Shown here one piece after another: positions 38,744 to 52,275 of a DNA stretch of 64,000 nucleotides (within the stretch, counting starts at the first letter, position 1; each line of letters begins with the position of its first letter). The notes below the pieces were generated by a model. The model did not search any database, had not been told where the DNA came from, and saw only the letters and a list, made by a program, of their open reading frames with translations. Source of the stretch: Octopus vulgaris (lineage: Eukaryota); contig OX597816.1 of assembly GCA_951406725.2 (NCBI GenBank), positions 71,362,001 to 71,426,000 of the forward strand. Reading direction: 5' to 3'. Both the position numbers and the translations under genes were made by a program.

Positions 38744-41700
38744 CTAACCTTCACACTGATACATATTTTGACATTATGCCATTAACATACAGTAAAAACA
38801 TGTGATACAAATCAACAGCAACATATATCTAACTATAATATATCAACAACATGGCTGAAGTAGGGGAAGAGAGAGAGACCTCTCAAGGGAGCATTCCTGG
38901 ACCTTAAGTACAAAAATAGTCAGTTTTGTCACATATGTAATATAGCAAGCTGAAAAACAGTTTTTAATAAATTGAAGATTATTCAGTGCCCCAGCATGGC
39001 TGCAGCCTCAAAGTTGAAACATATGAAAGAATATAACTAGTAAGAGTGTTTAAAATAAAAAGACAAGGAAGGGAGATAACTCTAATAAAATCAGTGAATT
39101 GAAATACTTTGAAAAATAAAGATAATATAATTGAGAGAGAAAGATTGGTTCTCGTTAAAGGGTTGCCCCATTAGTGTTTAAACCATCTACATCAGGCCTA
39201 AAATATTTTGCCTCTTTTATGTTCAAACTTGCTGGATCTGGCCTCTCACATCTACCCTACAATGTCATTCTAAAATTAAACAACGACATCTTTGGAATCT
39301 TAAAGATATAAGATTAATTCAAAATAATATGAATAAATAAGCATAACATTTGAGAGATTAATATGAATGCTAAAAGATTAAAGCCAATGGAGATGTTTCT
39401 CTCTTATAAAACCTCCTCAGCTAAGCATATTTATTCAGTTGGCAGGACTTAAACAAGATCAACTCACTATATTACATATGTGACAACCCCTAACATAATA
39501 TAACAATACAGACATAGATAGAACATGATACAAGGCCCTAAACATACAGACAATTCTATATGTACAGGAGCCAGTATATACATTATAAGAAGGTTGGTGT
39601 TGGGGATCATATAAACCATTTGAATAACATGTTGTTTAACATTTCCACAGATACCAAATATTGGTCACATATATTGTCATGTACAATGGATGCTTACAAC
39701 ATGTCGATAGTACTACAATGTGTATATTGATGTATGCATGTATATATTTGAAATATTACTGTTGTTTATACAGTGTTGGTTTTATGTTTGGGTATGTAAG
39801 TATGCATGTATATGTATTTTATATATGCACATTCTGCAGTGTGTATGAAAATGTATGTGCAATACATATATATATATGTGTATATATACATACATATGAA
39901 GTATAAATAAGGATGTGTGCCTGTATTCTATATATATATATATGTGTATACACACATATACTAATACATATAGTGTCTATACAAAGGGTTGTATGTGTGT
40001 ATATGTATGGTCACATAAGGATTATATATATATATATACATATATTCATATATACACATACAAACACATATGTAAATATGTGTGTGTATGTAAATATATA
40101 TATATATATATGTTCATTATATTTATATGTCCCATTTTTTTTCAAGTCACTTTATTTTCAGTACAGAGTTTTCTGGGGGGAATTTATGTGGTATTATTAT
40201 TATTATTATTATTATTCTTTTTTAATATTTTCTAATATGACAACCAGTTGTGTGATATCTATTTATTAGGACTTATTTATCTCATGCTAACAACCAGAAA
40301 AGTTTACATTTTCAGCTTACCACTTTGTATTCAATAAATACCTATCAATAACTAATAAATCTTATTGATTATTAGCAGTTTACAGAAATTGCAGTAGATA
40401 TGATGTTTCCAATTTTTTTAATGATTTTTCTTTTTTTTTTTTACAAAGGAGATTAAGGATTTTAAAGATGCTATCCAGGATTGAAAGCTAGTATCAAAAG
40501 TATAAGCTCGCCAAGTATGTCTCCTCATGTTTTAGTATTCATCACAGTTATAGATAGCAGCAGTTATTTAGCAATAAGTCAGTCCTGATTCAACTTTGAC
40601 CAAAGGCAATCAAACCATGACCATCCTGTCTTATTTTTACAAAATGTACTTTGGGCCTCATTCTCCAACATAGTCTCACATCTTTTCTTCTTTAAGGGGG
40701 TTTGAGGAATATTTGTTTCCTTTTTCTAACAGCCTGTATGATCATGTGGATGCTCCTTCATTGGCTCATGCATAACAATTAGATAACGGTTATCTCTGCA
40801 GAAGGCCACCATCTTTTGTTTAATTATATTAAGTCTATTTAATATCATTGCTGTTTATGATTAACAAATCATTTATTTACGTATATATTTATTTATTCAG
40901 TGATATGAAGAGATAAATTGCCTAATTAATCTGATTAGCTATGATACAAGCTACTAATTGCAGACAGTTAACACAAAGGTTATGAGCTAGAGAATGGTAA
41001 CTATCTTTACTGTAGATTATTCCACTGAAGTTCATCTGTAATAGACTAGCATTCTATCCAGGAGTGTTGAATTTCTCCCACATCCTTATAAGCAGTTAAA
41101 TGTTTAAGGATAACTCCCTTATCTTGTAATTCCATAGATATTTCTGAAGGAACCTTAATTTCAATTTTTCTGATTTCTTTTCCTTACTGACAGTTAACAT
41201 ACATTTTTCTATCCTCAGATAGGATGGATATGCATGTAAAGTAATTAATTAACATCAATAAAATAATTAAGCGTCAGGCTAGTAATCAAAGTTGTCAGTA
41301 GTTCAAGTCTCATCAGTAGCACTGCAAAGCCAAATTTCCTTATATATAAGTGGGGAATAGTTAATTTGAATGAAACTGTATAACTGGTTAGCCCACATTA
41401 TTTCATAAGGAGCATAGGGCCAGTTTTGGTTTCCTGGTTTCTCTAGCATATACTTTCCTCTCTGGACAAGATGCTAGTCATTTTTGCCAGCTGAGTGGAC
41501 CAGAGCAGCATGAAATGAAGTGTTTTGCTCAAGAACACAATATATCATCCCGCCCAGGAATCAAAATCACAATTTTATGATGAAGAGTCCAACACCCGAA
41601 CCACTAAGCCATGCATCTCCACAAAACTACATAATAGCTTGTATATATTTCATTTTTATTAGATTATTAATTTAACTCTGATAAAAAACTGAACTTGAAG

Positions 41701-42439
41701 TTCTGAGAATTGATAGAAAAAAAATAATAAAAATTGATTTTGATTATTATTCATGTTGCTGTTTAGCCCTAGGTCAGTCCTGAAAGAGCATGCCTTTGAT
41801 TTGATCAAAGGCATTCAAGTCATAGCCATATTGTCTTTTTGTATATCTAGAAGCAACATTGTTCAATGTGACCTCCAGCCACACCTTTTTTTAATAAGGT
41901 GATAAGGTTTGATTAGATGGAACTTGGCTGTTATTTCTAACAGGCTGGGCAACCACATTGAAGCACCTTGCTTGGCTCAAGTTTTCCAGTGTATATGTGC
42001 ATGTGTGTTAGCATGTGTATGTGCGATTTGTGCAAGTACATGAGCTGTGACATTTGAATAGAAACAGAGAGAGTGCCTATGTTCTTGTTAAGCCACACAT
42101 CAACTCTGACTGAAATGACCTATGAATAAAAGTGCTCTAGCCATGCCTATCCCATCTTTTCTTATATTAATGACTTCACTCTTCAAAGTGTCATTTTAAA
42201 AAAAAATCTAAGATGGTTGGGTGTATGTAATTTGAGAGGGAAATTTAGCTGTCATTTTTAGTGGGCTGGATGAATGCATAGAATTGTAGAATCACTCTTG
42301 TCAACACCTGAGCACTGCATGTATGTTCATTATTATAGTGAGTCAGAACAGAATGATAAGTTGAGCCCAGTATTCAATATGCTGCTTTGAAACAGCAATG
42401 GAAATTGACTGACCAAGCACAAAAGAGCAACGATTATAT

Positions 42440-42625
42440 AATTTAGCCAATCAGAAAGAAAATAATCAATGTGATTGCTCTCTGGTTTCTAACTGTTTGT
42501 TAGTATTGGCCCATGTTACTATGGCAACCACAGCAGTATATTGTTGTTTTACTTCCTCTCCCTCTCTCAGGTATATTCAATAGAAGAGACTAGGTATTAT
42601 ACAAACAAATTAAACTGAGTCATTA
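42440..42625. promoter_or_regulatory. Candidate cis-regulatory module: CCAAT boxes, RFX X-box, ETS and AP-1 motifs
   Basis: AGCCAATCAG (CCAAT at 42447), ATTGG at 42505, GTTACTATGGCAAC at 42515-42528, ACTTCCT at about 42551 and TGAGTCA at 42616, all in non-repetitive sequence. Confidence 0.4.
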
Positions 42626-42764
42626 GGACAACAGCCTGTCAGCTGAACCATCAGCAGTTCAAATTTCACGCATGGCACTGAGCTACGTTCCTGGAAAAAT
42701 ATACCTAATACTCAAGTCTAATAAATCTAACTCCAAGTAGGTAGCATGAAATGTGTAATTGTTA

Positions 42765-43140
42765 TAATACCTACAGAAGTACAGTTCAATACTATAGGCA
42801 GTAATGGGTACTATGAAGAGGTACAGTGTAATACTAAAGACAGCATTAGGAGTCAGTGAGGTAATTTGATACTATAAGCAACAATAAGTACCTTGAAGAA
42901 GTACAGAGCTATCCTAAAGGCAGCCAATAAAGCATGGGAAAACACTATTTATTACAATAGGCAGCAATAGGTCCTATGTTCAGTTTAATACTATAAGCAG
43001 CTACAGTTTTCATAGGCAAATGCAGTTTATTACTATAAGTAACCTTAAATATGATAGAGAAGTAGAGCCTGATGCTATAGGGGGAATCATAGGCAGTATA
43101 GTTTAATGTTTTAAGAAGCTATAGGTACTATGTGGAGGCA
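42765..43140. repeat. Diverged tandem repeat of about 42 bp (AGTACAGTTTAATACTATAGGCAGCAATAGGTACTATGAAGA-like)
   Basis: About 9 degenerate units. Confidence 0.6.
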
Positions 43141-44600
43141 CTGTAGAATGTTAAAAATCACAGGTCCAATGGATAATTTATGAACGTTTTGAGTTTACCA
43201 TGCTGAATTCAAATTTCATCATGAGTATAAAAAAAATATCACAACAGGCAGGAATATGTATTTCTGTAGATGAAAATGTTGGCTAACAGCAGTGAAAATG
43301 GGAATAAACTTCACATCTTATTTAGTACAAGGAAAGTCACCTTTAACCTTTTTAAAAAAACCCAGCCGGTCTGCATTGAGGAGTTTGAAAGGCAGATAGA
43401 CCTGAAGCAGATCTGGATCAGAGAAAGCAAGTTATTGATGAGGTTACAAATGTCAGCAAAAGGATTTTGACAACAAATGAATAATTAATTATATGGTTAA
43501 AGGCTTAACCAATTGACAAATAAAGGAGTGAAATAGAACCAGTGTGTGTTTATTATTGGCATAACAACCCTCTCAAAATACAACCATATTATAATATTTG
43601 TCTTTTAGTAAAGAGAAATGGCAGTGCACATGACCATTTATAGGGCCTCCAAGACTAGAGAAGCTCAGGAAGGGAGGATGATGTCCTCAATCCTGAGGCT
43701 TTGCCTGAGTTGAGTCCACAAAGGATGTGCCAAGTGCCAGGCAGTGGTGTTAAACCAAGTTGGGGGTTAAGTCTACTACCTAAGTAGGCCATGGCAAGAT
43801 TTGAACTCCTAATGTAAAGAGCTGGAACAAATACTGCCAGTTGATTACATCGGCCCCAGGGCTCAACTGATTTTTATTTCATCAACCCTGAAAGGATGAA
43901 AGGCAAAGTTGACCTCAGGAGCATTTGAACTCAGAACATAAAGGCAGAAGAAACTCCGATAACATTTTGTCCAGCATACTAACAATTCTAGCAGTCCATT
44001 GCTTTAATAATAATAATAATAATAATGTCTCTACTAAAAGCACGAGGCCTGAAATTTGGTTGAAGGGGACTAGTTGATTACATCAACTCTGGTGTTTCAC
44101 TGGTACTTAGTTTATTGACCCCAAAAGGAAGAAAGATATTGACCTCAGCAGGATTTGAACTCAGAGCAAAAAGATGGATGTAATCCAGCTCAGCATTCTG
44201 TCTGGAACGCTAATGATTCTGCCAGCTTGCCACTTTTGAAAATCATATCAGGAGATTTTAGTTGGTCAACAGTAACATAAAATATACCAAAATATAAAGT
44301 TACTGACAACTTACTAAACCTTTCCAAAATCTGATAATATTGAAAATTAACTGAAACCTGTAAGCTGTCTGTTTCTTAGAAATATAATTACGAAATAGTT
44401 CAGTGAATGGGATGTATACTAAGATCTTTGGTGAAAGAGAGGGCATTGAGAAAACAAAAATATATTAACCAGAGTTGATTAGGTTAGCCACTTCTTGTAC
44501 ATCCATTGATTATCTAGATAGAAGACCATAGATGTATGGATAGGAGGATATCAGATCAGCTGCTGAAGGAGTCATTACTTTGTTAGGGTTACCACTACAG

Positions 44601-44808
44601 TTTAACCCTTTAGCATTTAAACTGGCCACATCTGGCCCAAATCTTCCACCTATTTTATGCTAAAACTGACCAGATCAGGCCTCTCACACCTACCTTGCAA
44701 TGTCATTCTAAAATATAAAAGCTACAAGATAATTACAGGATTAGTTTTATAAAATGTGAATAAATAAGTATTACATTTGATTAAGTAATTTGAATACTAA
44801 AGGGTTAA
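44601..44808. mobile_element. Second TTAA-flanked MITE family (relatives at about 17140-17345, 39165-39380 and 57415-57952)
   Basis: TTAACCCTTTAGCATT...AATACTAAAGGGTTAA. Confidence 0.7.
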
Positions 44809-45201
44809 TTATGAACAATCAAGTTCAAAACTAGCTGTAGGTAGATACCAAAAGATGACATAGTTCAGTCTCTGGTATTCACTTACAGTTGTTTACAAGG
44901 GTTGAGTCTGGTTTTACAAAGGATCTCAAGTACAAGGAAAGAGAACTAATAGAACCCTGCTCTTCACTTCAGTTGCATCACCACCATTCTAGAATGAACT
45001 AAAATCAACTGAAAAGCCCACACATACTATTACACACATTATTATTTTTGGGTTCCTTGGTTGCCCCTGGGTGGTGTTTCCCTTTTATTGGGGAATTTTG
45101 TTAATTGTCATCGTTTACATGCATTTATATTAATCTCCACTGTTCTTTGTCTTTGAATTGTCCTAAATATTTTTGCAACCCCTTGTAGCCATTTAAGTAT
45201 C

Positions 45202-45234
<33 letters not shown>

Positions 45235-48200
45235 GGTGGCAAGCTAGCAGAATCATTAGCATGCCAGGTGAAATGCTTACCAGTATTTCACCTGTCTTTA
45301 TGTTCGGAGTTCAAATTCCACCAAGTTTGACTTTGCCTTTCAGGGTCAATAAATTAAGTACCAGTTGTGTATTGGGGTAGATCTAATCAACTGTCCTTCC
45401 TAATACCAACCACTCCGTGAGAGTAGTGGGTGCTTTTACGTGCCACCGGCACGAGGGCCATTTAGGTGGTACTGGCAATGGCCACGCTCAAATTATTATT
45501 ATAATCATTAGAGTGGCAGTTGAAGTAGGCAAACTGACAGAATTATAAGATCATTGGAAAAAATGCTATGCTCTATTTGTTCCAGCTATTTACATTCCTA
45601 GTTCAAATGCTGCCAGTGACAGTTGAGTACTGAAGCTGTCCCCTAAGAATTATTGTGCCTAAATTAGAAACAATTATCAGAGTGCCAAACAAAATATCTG
45701 GGAGTATTCAGTTATGTTTTTTTTTTCAATTCTGATTTTGAATCTTGCTGAGTTTAACTTTGCCATTTCATCCTTCTAAGATCAACAAAATAAATGCCAG
45801 CCAGATACTGGAACTGATATAATTTATCTACTCCCTCCTCATCCCATAATTCTGGCTTTATACCTACATTAGAAATATATTATTATTATTATTAGCTGTA
45901 GTTGGATAGTAAGCAGGTGAAAATACGAGAGCATCAGATAAAAGCTTAGTGTCATATCTTCTTGTTCTTCATGTTTTGAGTTCAATTACCATCAAAACCA
46001 ATTGTCTTTAATCCTCTTGAGTCAATAAAAGAAAGTACTAATTACTGGCCAAAACCTGAAACAGTTATTATTATTATTATATTATTTATCTTTCAGGGTT
46101 TAGTAAAATAAAGAACCAGTCAAGTACTGATGTTAATACATTCAACTGTTTTCTCTCCTACCTAACCATTTGGCCTATTTTAGAAAGAATAATGATGAAG
46201 ATAATGATGAAAATAATAATCCTTTCTACTAAAGGTACAAGGCCTGAAATTTTTGGGAAGAGAGCTAGTTGATTACAATGACCCCAGTACATGACTGGTA
46301 CTAAATTTATCAATCCTAAAAAGATAAAAAGCAAAGTCGGCCTCAGTGGCATTTGAACTCAGAACATAAAGATAGACAAAATGCCCAATGCCCCTAAGCA
46401 TTTTGTCTATGCCCCTAAGCATTTTGTCTATGCCCCTAAGCATTTTATCTAGCTTACTAACTATTCTGTCAGCATGCTGTCTTAATAACAATGATGATGA
46501 TAATAATAATCATATTTGTAGTTGTCATTATTTTTATTGTTTACATGTGTCTCCACTGTCCTTTGTCACTAAGCATTTTGCCAGGTGTGTTAACAATTCT
46601 GCCAGCTCGTTACCTTAATAACGATGATTTCTAATGTGTTTTTTTTTTTTTTTTGGAGGAAAGGGATCTGAACATAGATTTTATGCTCCCCTGTATTTAA
46701 CAGGTACTTATCTATTTTATTACCTTTCTGCTCACATGCACTCAATAGGGTGAAAGGCAAAGCAAACCCTAGTATGATTTGAACCCAGAATGCTACGGGT
46801 CATATGTAAGTGCAACACAATATATCTGTCTGTCACTCTAATATTTCTGCTGCTTACTCCATCACCTCAACAATACGTAATTGTAAATAATTGAATAATA
46901 CAATGAATATTTAAAATATTTACATATAAACTATTTTATATAGGGCCACATTTTAAGGGGTTGGAGAAGTTAGTCAATTTAAATAGACCCTAGTATTTGA
47001 CAGGTACTTTATTTCCTCAACCTCAGAAAGATGAAAGGCAAACATTCTTGAAATAACATATCTCCCATATACAATGAAAGTATTTCTTTGTGCAAAGCAT
47101 TTTTAGCAGAGAGCTCAATTAATATGATAAAGATTATTCTTGTTCAAAGCAATAATATAATCAAATATGATGAATATCTGAAATTACTTGAATATATGGA
47201 CATTGTTATTTATATTAAAATACATGTTAATAACTTATCTAGTTGCAAAGTATTTCTGGTCACAACATAGCTCCCTTTTTTCAGAGGTGATGGTAAGGGC
47301 TATTTTGAGAGAACTAATCCCTTATTAGTTACCCATTGAAAGAATAATGAGAAATAATGGAAAAAGGTGAAATTTTAAGAATTCTCTTGATCTTTCTCAC
47401 TTGTAAGGGAAAACAAAAACAAACATTACTTTAACCCTTTTGTTACCATATTTCTGTTGAGATGTTCTGTGTTTCTTCCAATTATTTTAAATATAACAAA
47501 TAATTTAGTAAAATAACTTGGTTATCATTAAGTTAGTGTTAGGAACATAAATTGTGATAAAGGTTTGGTGGAAGAGTTTAATTCAGAACTTATGAAACAA
47601 GACATTTGTACTACAGAGACAGAGCTGGTTTCAGCCAGGTTGGTCACGAAAGGGTTAAGAATTGTTTCTCTATTATATATTTTAACCCTTTTGTTACCAT
47701 ATTTCTTTTGAGATGCTCTGTGTTTCTTTCAATTAATTTTAAATATAACAAAAAATTTAGTAAAATAACATCGTTATCGTTAAGCTAGTGTTAGGAACAT
47801 AAATTGTGACTGAGATTTGGTGGCAGATTTGAATACAAAACTTATGAAAACAAGACATTTATACTACAGAGCCAGGTTGGAAACGAAAGGGTTAAAAAGG
47901 ATACCAAAATCTGAAATCAATAAAACAATTTAAAACCAATTAACAGAAATGAGTATTAAATTTTTTTTTCTAATTTTGGCATAAAGCCAGGAATTTGAAG
48001 AGAAGGAACAACTTAATTATATCTACTCTAATGCATAACTAGTACTTATTTCATCAACCCTGAAAGGATAAATGGCAAAGTTGACCTTGGTGGAATTAGA
48101 ATGCAGACTATAAAAGAGCTGGAAGAAATACTATGAAGAATTTTAGCCAATGTGTTGACAATTGTGCCAATATTCTGCTCTTGTAATAATTCTTTCTATT

Positions 48201-50382
48201 GTTTATGCACAGCCAACAATTTTAGCAAGAGGGGTTCAAATACTCAAATGGAACCTATTTTAATGACCCTGAAAGGATAAAAGGCAAAGTCAACCTGGGT
48301 GGAATTTGAACTCAGAAATATAAAGTGCTGGAAAAAATGCCACTAAGCATTCTGTCTGACATGCTAATGATTCAGCTCATTACCTTAATGAGTATTAATT
48401 AATAAGAAAATGTTCTGCACATACAACAAAATTACTTTCTTTATGAACCATTTTACCCACTGTTATTCATATATAATTAATATAAATTAGTATACATTCA
48501 TGTACGTCTATTTTCGAGAGTTTGTTTAGATTATTATAATAATATAACTATCTAATCTAATTATTAATCAACCACTCAGCAATAATTAAGCTTTTGTTAA
48601 TTACGATTCCACATCTAATTTTTCTTTTGTAGTCATTTGCATTGGATTGTTGTACACATCTCTATAGTTAACATCTTTTGACGAGCACCTTAATTGGCAC
48701 TTAACAAACATACACATAGTCATATACACACACGTGCATCTGCACACACACACACATGTAACAGTAAGGTAACTGGCATTCGGAAGGCCATCAAGCAGCA
48801 AAAATCATACCAAAATGAAATGAGACATTGGTTCTCTGCAAGAATTGGGTGGGGTTGGGTGGGAGAGTAGTAACTCCAAATAAGATCCAACCAGGATCAT
48901 AATGCCATGTCCAATTTATGCTATCCTAAAACACAAGCATAAAATGATAATGATGCTTGTTTTAAATATATTTTTCGATAGTTAATGTGCTCTCCACTAA
49001 ATTTGCTTTGCATAAACTAATATCTATGACATATTATTCCTTAGCTAGCTGTCAATCCATCGCTTACAACAAGACGGGTTCCAGTTGATCTGTGGAATTA
49101 ACAATAATGTGGCTGAGCACTCCACAGACATGTGTACCCTTAATGTATTTCTCAGGCAGATTCAGAGTGACACAGAATATGACAGGGCTGGCCCTTTGAA
49201 ATACAGGCACTACTCATTTTTGCCAAATGAGTGGACTGGAGCAACATGAAATAAAGTGTCTTGCTCAAGAACACAATGCATTGCTGGGAATTGAACTCAC
49301 AACCTTGAGCCAAATACCCTAACCACTTAGCTGTGCACCTTCTTTACAATGCATTATCTCAAACTAATAATAATAATAATAATCATCATTTAATGTCTGC
49401 TTTCCATGCTAGCATGGGTTGGATGATTTGACTGAGGACTGGTGAATCAGAAGGCTGCACCAGGCTCCAATCTGATCTGGAAGATTTCTACAGCTAGATG
49501 TCCTTCCTAACACCAACCACGCTGTGAGTGTAGTGGGTGCTTTTACATGCCACCAGCACGAGGGCCAGTTAGGTGGTACTGGCAATGGCCATGCTCAAAT
49601 TATTATTATTATTAGAGTGGCAGTTGAAGGAGGCAAGCTGACAGAATCATAAGATCATTGGAAAAATGCTATGCTCTATTTGTTCCAGCCATTTACATTC
49701 CTAGTTCAAATGCTGCCAGTGCCAGTCAAGTACTGAAGTCGCCCCCTAAGAATTATTGTGCCTATATTAGAAACAATTATCAGAGTGCCAAACAAAATGT
49801 CTGGGAGTATTCAGTTATGTTTTTAATTATTTTCTTTAATGTTGATTTTGGATTTTCTATAAAATCCATAAGTGAAATCTTGAAGTTTCAACTTCTTCCA
49901 TAGGTTCTTTGTATTCCATCACTGAGTCACATATATATATATGTGTGTGATTAATTCTCCTATGGTAACCTTTATGTTTTGCTTTTCATTTTTTGTTGTC
50001 ACTAATGAATAGAGAAGCTTCAGACCAATTTACTGCTGCTGTGACAGGAAAGGCTTTATCTGGATAAAATAATAATAATAATAATACATGTATGTATAAT
50101 ATACACATTATGTGTTTACATGTTATTCCATGGGACGACAAAGTCGAAGAAGCTATGTCCAGCCACTTAGAATAAAGAACTCAGATAAGTCTGAGAGTAA
50201 ATGCACATTTAATCCATAATCATTAGTCCGACAAAATCTATGTTGTTGGACTAATGGTTTTGGATTAGATGCTTATATGTTTCCATATATATAATGGTGT
50301 CTCTATTTTCAAGTATTCTCCATTTTAGCTCATTCTCTTTAAGACATTTAATATGTGTATGTATGTATGAATATGTATGTGA

Positions 50383-50441
<59 letters not shown>

Positions 50442-50716
50442 AAGTTCATGAACCAGACGGTCACTATTAAAAGAAGGTACTCAAAAGTTTTTGGTTCTGA
50501 GAAGTTACATTTGCTGGAATTATTTTGTAACAATCTGCAGATGTGTTTCAATAATTTTTAAATATTATCAAGGAATAATATTACCTTGATAATGACTGGG
50601 TGGAAACACTTTCAAACACCTCTGATCACAAATAAATCGTGCTTTATCTCGTCTTTCTTACATTCATTTAATACAGTAGTACTTTCGTTTATGAATGCCT
50701 CTGATCATGAATATAT

Positions 50717-51153
50717 ATATAATCAAAGTAAGCAACAAGGATATCCAGAGGTAATGCAGTACGGTCGTTTCATGTGACTCCATTTAATTGAAAAATGCAA
50801 ACATTACATCAATTTAAAATGTAGAGCAATCTTCAGCTGCATAAAAATATAGAATTTGGTTAAATTCGAAGGATTCATTTGTATAGTTTTCTTTTTATCC
50901 AAAAGTTACAACTGTGATGTTGTTGATAAAACATGTTCTTTGTCTATCTACTTATCCTCTTTGTGGCTTTTGATAAAAAGAAAACTATATAAATGAATCC
51001 TTCAAATTTAACTAAATTCTATATTTTTATGCAACTGAAGATTGCTCTACATTTTAAATTGATGTAATGTTTGCATTGTTCAATTAAATGGAGTCACATG
51101 AAACAATCGTACTGCATTACTTCTGGATATGCTTGTTGCTTACTTTGATTATA
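50717..51153. mobile_element. Penelope-type inverted repeat with about 190-bp arms, each carrying a hammerhead motif (50754-50842 minus; 51029-51117 plus)
   Basis: ATGCAG-CTGAAGA-[long imperfect stem II]-GAA-ACGACCGT-A-CTGCAT. Confidence 0.7.
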
Positions 51154-51247
51154 ATCACCCCATTTTGAATTGTATGGATAATGCCATACTAAATTCTGGT
51201 GCCTTTAACTTAAGTACCATATTCAGCTGAATCTAAATTTGAATGAA

Positions 51248-51282
<35 letters not shown>

Positions 51283-51844
51283 GAAGCATGATTTATGATC
51301 AGAGATGCTCAAAAACTGAGGTACTGCTGTAGTTCCAATACACACACATACACATGGACACAAATTGAAATTTGAGACACCACACACATTCAGAGACATC
51401 TTAGTACCATTATATATGATCTTGGGCAAAACAGTACCTTGGGCCCAAATAGTATTTATTCATTGATAGTAAGAGTAAGCCACAACATACATAGATCAAA
51501 ATTGGTACCCTAGACCTGTGAAACTCCTGGTCAGCTTTCCCATGCCTTCAGATGGCACTGATCACACCATTGTCTCAGAGTTTTGTGAAACAATATGAGG
51601 ACTCCGATTTATATATATACATATATATACACTTTTCCTTGTTTCAGTAACTTTGACTGTGGCCATGCTGGAGCACCACCTTTAGTCGAGCAAATTGACT
51701 CCAGGTCTTATCCTTTGTAAGTCTAGTACTTATTCTATCGGTCTCTTTTGCCGAACCGCTAAGTTACGGGGATGTAAACACACCAGCATCGGTTGTCAAG
51801 CGATATTGGGGGGACAAGCACAGACACACAAACATATACACACA

Positions 51845-51890
<46 letters not shown>

Positions 51891-52243
51891 TATATATATA
51901 TGACGGGCTTTTTCAGTTTCCATCTATGAAATCCACTCACAAGGCTTTGGTCAGCCCAAGGCTATAGTAGAAGACACTTACCCAAGGTGCTACGCAGTGG
52001 GAATGAACCCGGAACCATGTGTTTGGTAAGCAAGCTACTTACCACACAGCTACTCCTGCGCCTATATATTTATTTATTCTACTGTATGTATTGAGTACCT
52101 TTTCCTAACAGTAGAAAATACAAACATATACATATATATCTTAGAGAGAAAGAGAGAGAGAGGCGAGTCTTCTTAGCAGAAGTTGATGAGACAAACATTT
52201 AGATTAATCTCAATGATTTTTCATTGACTGATCAATTATGTGG

Positions 52244-52275
<32 letters not shown>

